In this document: positions 25,817 to 29,606 of the stretch, one piece after another | How the letters are laid out: the number at the start of each line of letters is the position of its first letter | How positions within the stretch are numbered: the first letter of the stretch is position 1 | DNA from: a virus | Lineage: Duplodnaviria; Caudoviricetes | Virus record (IMG/VR): IMGVR_UViG_3300042323_000063 | Location: 1-29,606 of that record | Reading direction: 5' to 3' (one strand) | Length of the DNA stretch: 29,606 nt | Program-made: the position numbers and the translations under genes | Notes under the pieces: generated by a model | Database searches by the model: none | What the model was told of the DNA's origin: nothing | What the model saw: only the letters and a program-made list of their open reading frames with translations

Positions 25817-25889
25817 CTTCCCAATCTGAGGGAGTAACCCCCGGAACATCTACGCGCAACGGCAAACCAAAAGGCGATGCTTGACTCAT
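25794..25889 (-). CDS. 31-aa microprotein with acidic tail (not in track)
   Basis: TAATG-coupled to the upstream stop; MSQASPFGLPLRVDVPGVTPSDWEDEEEDED. Confidence 0.5.
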   Translation of the reverse strand: MSQASPFGLPLRVDVPGVTPSDWEDEEEDED

Positions 25890-26299
25890 TAGTACCAACC
25901 TGTCCCTTTCTCAGCCTTAGACAACCAAAACGACCAAGCCTTGCAAGGCGTGTCGTATCTGTGAGAAATATATTTAAGCCCTCTGTCAATTTGTATAGTG
26001 TGGTGCAGTTTAGGGGATAGACCTAAAATCTGAGGTATGCCACCCGCGTTTTTGCCACCTACCTTTATAGGGTTAAAGGCTCGCGGATTCCAAGCAGATT
26101 CCTTGCCCCACAATTGTGACAGGCAAACAAATTGCTTTTTATTTTCCCAAATTTTCATTACCATAACTCTTGCGTATTGGCGAGGTTCCATAGCCTTAAG
26201 TGTTTGAGCCTCTGTTTTAAGAGGTGCTTGGGCTTGGCTTGGTGTCGCTGTAACGAGTCCTACCGTTAAAACGGCTACTGAAAGGACACGCTTTGACAA
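25889..26299 (-). CDS. Secreted lysozyme-like/SLT transglycosylase
   Basis: Signal peptide ending AQA; CL..LW.KES.WNP.A.N, AGGIPQ and QI..GL.YI..RY.TPC.AW...GWY. Confidence 0.8.
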   Translation of the reverse strand: MSKRVLSVAVLTVGLVTATPSQAQAPLKTEAQTLKAMEPRQYARVMVMKIWENKKQFVCLSQLWGKESAWNPRAFNPIKVGGKNAGGIPQILGLSPKLHHTIQIDRGLKYISHRYDTPCKAWSFWLSKAEKGTGWY

Positions 26300-26308
26300 C
26301 CGTATGGT

Positions 26309-26398
26309 TTACTCGTTCCGCCCCTTTCGGCAGACTTCGCAAGGTTGAGACCCGTAATGCCATGCGCCATACGCGCAACGATTTAACATGCTATCCAT
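26309..26398 (-). CDS. 29-aa Cys/His microprotein (not in track)
   Basis: GAAAGGGG RBS; MDSMLNRCAYGAWHYGSQPCEVCRKGRNE. Confidence 0.5.
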   Translation of the reverse strand: MDSMLNRCAYGAWHYGSQPCEVCRKGRNE

Positions 26399-26415
26399 GA
26401 TTTACCCCTTTCAGG

Positions 26416-26511
26416 TTATTGTTTGGACTGCTCTAGTTTATAACAAATGTTCTCAAGAGTTGCGCCTATAACAGTAACAATAATTACACCTATTAACAAC
26501 ATTACAATCAT
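26416..26511 (-). CDS. 31-aa single-pass membrane microprotein (not in track)
   Basis: ATGA-coupled; MIVMLLIGVIIVTVIGATLENICYKLEQSKQ. Confidence 0.55.
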   Translation of the reverse strand: MIVMLLIGVIIVTVIGATLENICYKLEQSKQ

Positions 26512-26765
26512 TCTATTAACTCGCGCATCATGCGGTTAAGGTCTTCATAATCAAGGCTTTCTGCCATATACGCGACATCATCAGGAGTCTTTTGTGCTTC
26601 AAGCCCACATGAAATTACAAAGGCTTTGTATGGGTTCTGAGGGTCAGGATTTTCATTCTTCATAAAATCTACTGCGCCGTTATACAAACCTTCGTCATTT
26701 TCAATCCACATAGCAACATTCCAAGTTTCGTGATTTTTCCAACCGTTATAGCCTTCGTCTGTCAT
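26508..26765 (-). CDS. Conserved phage hypothetical protein (YNGWxNxETW family)
   Basis: YNGWKNHETWNVAMWIENDEGLY...TPD motif; GGAAGG RBS. Confidence 0.75.
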   Translation of the reverse strand: MTDEGYNGWKNHETWNVAMWIENDEGLYNGAVDFMKNENPDPQNPYKAFVISCGLEAQKTPDDVAYMAESLDYEDLNRMMRELIE

Positions 26766-26957
26766 TTATTCGCCTTCCGTTGTAGGGCAGTCACACGGTT
26801 TTGTGTAACTGAAATCGCAAAAGTAACAACCCATAGCCTCGTCATGAGCCTTACAAAAGTATTGAAATTGAACTGAGTCACAACATCCGCGCCATACTGA
26901 CGGCTCTTCAATGTTGTAGTAAGTGGTTTGGTCAATAACATTAGACATTATGTTCAC
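26766..26957 (-). CDS. Cys-rich hypothetical protein
   Basis: CC, CKAH, CYFC and CDC motifs in 63 aa. Confidence 0.6.
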   Translation of the reverse strand: MNIMSNVIDQTTYYNIEEPSVWRGCCDSVQFQYFCKAHDEAMGCYFCDFSYTKPCDCPTTEGE

Positions 26958-27186
26958 ACTCCCTGCACACCATTTGCCCGTGGTCTGCGCAATAGTAATA
27001 AGTCTTATCTTCGGGCTTTAAGCATTTAGGGCATAGCAACTCATCTTCCATGTTCTTGAGTCGCTCAGATTTAATGTAATCGTGGTCACACATCTTGCAG
27101 TTAGCAAGACCTTCGTACCAGCCTTTAATCCAACTTTGATGGCGTTGTTGTCGTAATACTTCCATTGGGTCTAAAGTAATATCCAT
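26941..27186 (-). CDS. Zn-finger-like hypothetical protein
   Basis: Start reassigned to MDITLD at 27186 (TAATG coupling); CKMC, CPKC, CADH and CREC motifs. Confidence 0.65.
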   Translation of the reverse strand: MDITLDPMEVLRQQRHQSWIKGWYEGLANCKMCDHDYIKSERLKNMEDELLCPKCLKPEDKTYYYCADHGQMVCRECEHNV

Positions 27187-27326
27187 TACAGAACCACGCA
27201 TTCGGTCATACTGCCCCAACAAAATCCTGTACCTGTCCACCAAAGATTTGTGGCTACCTGCCAAATTACCCAAAGTCCAATAAGAATTGCTACTGCGCGT
27301 ACTCGCTTACCGCGTTTTGTAATCAT
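27186..27326 (-). CDS. 46-aa Trp-rich membrane microprotein (not in track)
   Basis: MITKRGKRVRAVAILIGLWVIWQVATNLWWTGTGFCWGSMTECVVL; ATGA overlap upstream and TAATG overlap downstream. Confidence 0.75.
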   Translation of the reverse strand: MITKRGKRVRAVAILIGLWVIWQVATNLWWTGTGFCWGSMTECVVL

Positions 27327-27511
27327 GAATTAACCTTTCTGACTTGGTAGACATCTGCTTGAAGTCCTTTATCTGCTAATGCAACTTGAATTACCTCAGT
27401 AATCATTAAACGCTTTACTGCATTTTCGTATGACTTGCTATTCATGCGTTTTATATTTGGTTCAAGAGTTACTGTGTAATCTAACTCAAGTTCTACGCGG
27501 TATTTTGACAT
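27323..27511 (-). CDS. Hypothetical protein
   Basis: Likely start MSKYRV at 27511 with a GGAAGG RBS. Confidence 0.6.
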   Translation of the reverse strand: MSKYRVELELDYTVTLEPNIKRMNSKSYENAVKRLMITEVIQVALADKGLQADVYQVRKVNS

Positions 27512-27513
27512 TA

Positions 27514-27846
27514 TTAAACCGCCTTCCAAGACCACGCTGAGCCGTCAAACAGATACACAAACTCAAGACCAGCATCTCCGGCGTACTTAACCCAATCTGC
27601 CTCTGTATCCCAAACTAGAGCCTTGGTGTCCTCGTTGCGCCATACATTGTAAAAACGGCTTTCTTCGATTGTGTTGCCTAAAAATGAGCAGTCCGCCATG
27701 TCAATAATTTTCTTGGCATCTTCTTTAGTGTTGTAGTAATTCTTAAGTAGTGCGCCCATGTATTCAGGGTAACCATCTGAGTGGCAATAAATAGATTTGA
27801 TTTTGTTGTCTTTGGTTATGATTGCAATTGAACTTCTTGTTGCCAT
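27514..27846 (-). CDS. Conserved phage early protein (YxHxDGYP family)
   Basis: MATRS.I...SIYCHSDGYP..MG..L..YY...E..YLFDG..W; first gene after promoter copy A. Confidence 0.8.
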   Translation of the reverse strand: MATRSSIAIITKDNKIKSIYCHSDGYPEYMGALLKNYYNTKEDAKKIIDMADCSFLGNTIEESRFYNVWRNEDTKALVWDTEADWVKYAGDAGLEFVYLFDGSAWSWKAV

Positions 27847-27863
27847 TTTGCGCCTTCTTTCGC

Positions 27864-27967
27864 TTGGGGGCTGTTTGCCCTGTTATGTATAACTATTCCA
27901 CGCGTGTAATTAAAAGTCAAGACTATTTTCTAATGTTTTTGCAACTATTTTTGTGCCGTTGGTCACA
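27864..27967 (-). promoter_or_regulatory. Early promoter copy A: CRP-like box, A-tract, -35/-10, 5' hairpin
   Basis: TGTGA-CCAACG-GCACA (27967-27952); TTGACT (27920-27915)-17 bp-AATAGT (27897-27892); then CATAACAGGGCAAACAGCCCCCAA. Confidence 0.75.
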
Positions 27968-28398
27968 TGAAAATAGCCGTCCTCGCGAGGCCATAGGTAC
28001 GGTAAATCTGTAGGAGTTATCTCAAAATCAAATTGCTTAGTGTAATACTCAGCATCTTTGCTAATTAAATTGCTACGGTGTGACAAGTGAAAATCCGGTA
28101 GCCCAAACCACCAAGGCAACGGAGCGTTAGGGTCAGTTAATAACTCTTGGAATCTGTCAGTCATGACATCTTGGAATCCGCGCTTGCGCCATTCGGTGCT
28201 AATAACTAGACCGTAAAGAATTAAAGATTGCTCATGACCGCGCCACATAATAACGGCGGGATGATTAACCCAACCTTTAGTCTCGCCACGCAAGGCTCGT
28301 AAAACCTGCCAAGCCTCTACGCGTTGCTTGCCAAGGCGTTTGTTGTCAAGACATTCTGCGGTCAGATGAAAATTTGGGTACGGTAAAAATGTTTGCAT
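27910..28398 (-). CDS. MSMEG_6728-family / pyrimidine-dimer glycosylase (DenV-like) protein
   Basis: MQTFLPY..F...LD.KRLGKQRVEA.Q, GW.NHPAV.MWRG.E, PWW.G...H.SHRSNL..KD..YY and LPY.WP. Confidence 0.8.
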   Translation of the reverse strand: MQTFLPYPNFHLTAECLDNKRLGKQRVEAWQVLRALRGETKGWVNHPAVIMWRGHEQSLILYGLVISTEWRKRGFQDVMTDRFQELLTDPNAPLPWWFGLPDFHLSHRSNLISKDAEYYTKQFDFEITPTDLPYLWPREDGYFHVTNGTKIVAKTLENSLDF

Positions 28399-28399
28399 A

Positions 28400-28457
28400 G
28401 GATTGCCTTCCTGTTTTTGTTAAACGGTTACACATAAATTACATAAAGTCAAGAACC
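28400..28457 (-). promoter_or_regulatory. Early promoter copy C (partial homology, no CRP-like box)
   Basis: GGTTCTTGACT and GTAATTTATG are shared with copy B; candidate -10 AACCGT at 17 bp; GGAAGGCAA RBS. Confidence 0.55.
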
Positions 28458-28904
28458 TTAGTGCCAGCAGTAATCGTGAGCAGGTTGCCCATCCCACTTA
28501 AATGCGTATGCGTAATACGCTAATTCAACATACTCACCACGCTCAGGGTGGTTATGCACTTTCTTTTTAAGTGTTACAGGGTCGGTGTTATCCTCACCGT
28601 CTTTGTAATTTTTATCCCACCAAACAGACCATGTTGCAGGTTCGGTTGTGGGTACAACCATTTTGCCACCCATACCGTCATTGGTTAAAGAAACGGTTTC
28701 TACTGTTAATTGCATAATAGTTACTTGTTTTGGTGTTCGTTTGATAACCTTAAAAAATTGAGGATTGTTAGCCTCGTAACCCCAATTAGTTAATAAAATG
28801 TCGCCGACCTCTAAAACCGTTAATGGTTTTGGTTGTTGAGGTTCAGGAGCGGTTTCTTCGTATTTGCTTACAATTTCTAAAAATGTTGTCCAATCGCTTG
28901 TCAT
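28458..28904 (-). CDS. Conserved hypothetical protein
   Basis: VGDIL...WGY..NN.QFF.V...T.K.V motif, recalled from phage hypothetical proteins. Confidence 0.7.
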   Translation of the reverse strand: MTSDWTTFLEIVSKYEETAPEPQQPKPLTVLEVGDILLTNWGYEANNPQFFKVIKRTPKQVTIMQLTVETVSLTNDGMGGKMVVPTTEPATWSVWWDKNYKDGEDNTDPVTLKKKVHNHPERGEYVELAYYAYAFKWDGQPAHDYCWH

Positions 28905-29092
28905 TTGGTCGCCTTTCGTGCGCAGATTTCGGAACAGAAACTTAGTCGGGTAATGGTGTCACCTGCGACACCTGCATAGGTTGTCATGCCGTTGTAAAAC
29001 TCAGATTCGTTACCGCACATGTCGCATACAAATACCATGCGGATTTGACCAACAATTTCCTTGCCTGTCTCGTCAATTAGTTTGTGGCTCAT
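28901..29092 (-). CDS. Small treble-clef/TRASH-like Zn-finger protein
   Basis: CDMCG...FCSEIC. Confidence 0.65.
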   Translation of the reverse strand: MSHKLIDETGKEIVGQIRMVFVCDMCGNESEFYNGMTTYAGVAGDTITRLSFCSEICARKATK

Positions 29093-29352
29093 TATTTGAC
29101 CTGCGCTAACATGCCGTTGTATTCATCTCTTGATATGTGGCTGTTGTAAAACATTACTGCTAGGTCTTTGGCTTCGGGTGCTTGGGCGACTAGCATTAGC
29201 ATTGCATCAGTCATGCTCTTAGTTGTTGCAATTACTACAGGCTTTGCAGGATTACCGATAGCGCGGAATTGGTATCCGTCTGAAGTCTTGACTACATCGT
29301 ATGGTAGTCCGTCTTTGCGAGTTGTTACGCCGTTGCGTTGTATAAGTTGCAT
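29092..29352 (-). CDS. Hypothetical early protein
   Basis: Start reassigned to MQLIQR at 29352 (GGAAGG RBS), because the track's longer start lies inside the promoter. Confidence 0.7.
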   Translation of the reverse strand: MQLIQRNGVTTRKDGLPYDVVKTSDGYQFRAIGNPAKPVVIATTKSMTDAMLMLVAQAPEAKDLAVMFYNSHISRDEYNGMLAQVK

Positions 29353-29368
29353 TTGGTTTGCCTTCCGT

Positions 29369-29472
29369 TTGGGGGCTGTTTGCCCTGTTATGGAAAAACA
29401 TACGCGCATAAATTACGCTTGTCAAGAACCTTTGCAACTATTTTTGCAACTATTTTTGTGGCGTTGCTCACA
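29369..29472 (-). promoter_or_regulatory. Early promoter copy B: CRP-like box, A-tracts, -35/-10, 5' hairpin
   Basis: TGTGA-GCAACG-CCACA (29472-29457); tandem AATAGTTGCAAA x2; TTGACA (29425-29420)-17 bp-TATGTT (29402-29397); 24-nt leader identical to copy A. Confidence 0.8.
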
Positions 29473-29606
29473 CCTTTTCCATTAGTTTAATTTGTACCCC
29501 GGGTACTAATCCATAAATCTTCTTAGCATAGATTTCCATTACTTGACTATCATCTACATAAGCAATTGCAGTCAGACCATCTAAGACCGCTCTAATAAGT
29601 TTATCT
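29468..29606 (-). CDS. rusA: RusA-like Holliday junction resolvase, C-terminal part (5' truncated; not in track)
   Basis: DKLIRAVLDGLTAIAYVDDSQVMEIYAKKIY..PGV.I matches the RusA DKL.RAVLD.L...Y.DD.QV signature. Confidence 0.85.
   Translation of the reverse strand, partial: DKLIRAVLDGLTAIAYVDDSQVMEIYAKKIYGLVPGVQIKLMEKV

Noticed and set aside
26416-26511. AT-rich TAACA/TTACA repeats as origin iterons
   Set aside because: Explained by Val/Ile/Leu codons of an ATGA-coupled 31-aa hydrophobic ORF on the minus strand.
26941-27273. Track start at 27273 (110 aa)
   Set aside because: It overlaps a better-supported 46-aa ORF; the TAATG-coupled ATG at 27186 is preferred.
27864-29472. Repeats as a CRISPR array, att sites or mobile-element ends
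   Set aside because: Only two spaced copies with promoter architecture; no regular spacers, integrase or transposase.
1693-29485. All plus-strand ORFs in the track
   Set aside because: They are antisense shadows of well-supported minus-strand genes, with no recognisable motifs.

Overview
This window is a 29.6-kb segment of a tailed dsDNA phage with siphovirus-type architecture. All credible genes lie on the minus strand and most are coupled by TAATG/ATGA overlaps. The host is probably an actinobacterium (inference from an MSMEG_6728/DenV-like gene, an actinobacterial SLT-like protein, GGAAGG/GAAAGG ribosome-binding sites and a leaderless-type promoter). Reading right to left: the end of RusA; an early region of small unknown genes, a DenV-like glycosylase and several microproteins, driven by duplicated sigma70-type promoters with CRP-like boxes; then an SLT-like enzyme, HNH, SSB and an HTH protein. 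Next is a four-gene cassette (unknown domain fused to a SAM-dependent transferase, IbrA/YbdN PAPS-reductase-like PP-loop enzyme, IbrB/YbdM ParB protein, second ParB/Srx protein) that overlaps directly into TerS. The structural block follows: TerL with a C-terminal Zn ribbon, a three-gene fibre cassette, portal, a MuF head-morphogenesis protein fused to an ADP-ribosyltransferase with a tiny acidic partner ORF, protease-scaffold, major capsid with an Ig/FN3-like insert, neck and tail genes, tail chaperones with a -1 frameshift, tape measure, Dit and tail fibre genes. The best candidate for an undescribed system is the packaging-linked MTase-IbrA-IbrB-ParB cassette. No tRNA, CRISPR array, integrase or transposon was recognised. 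All family assignments come from motif recognition by eye, not database searches.
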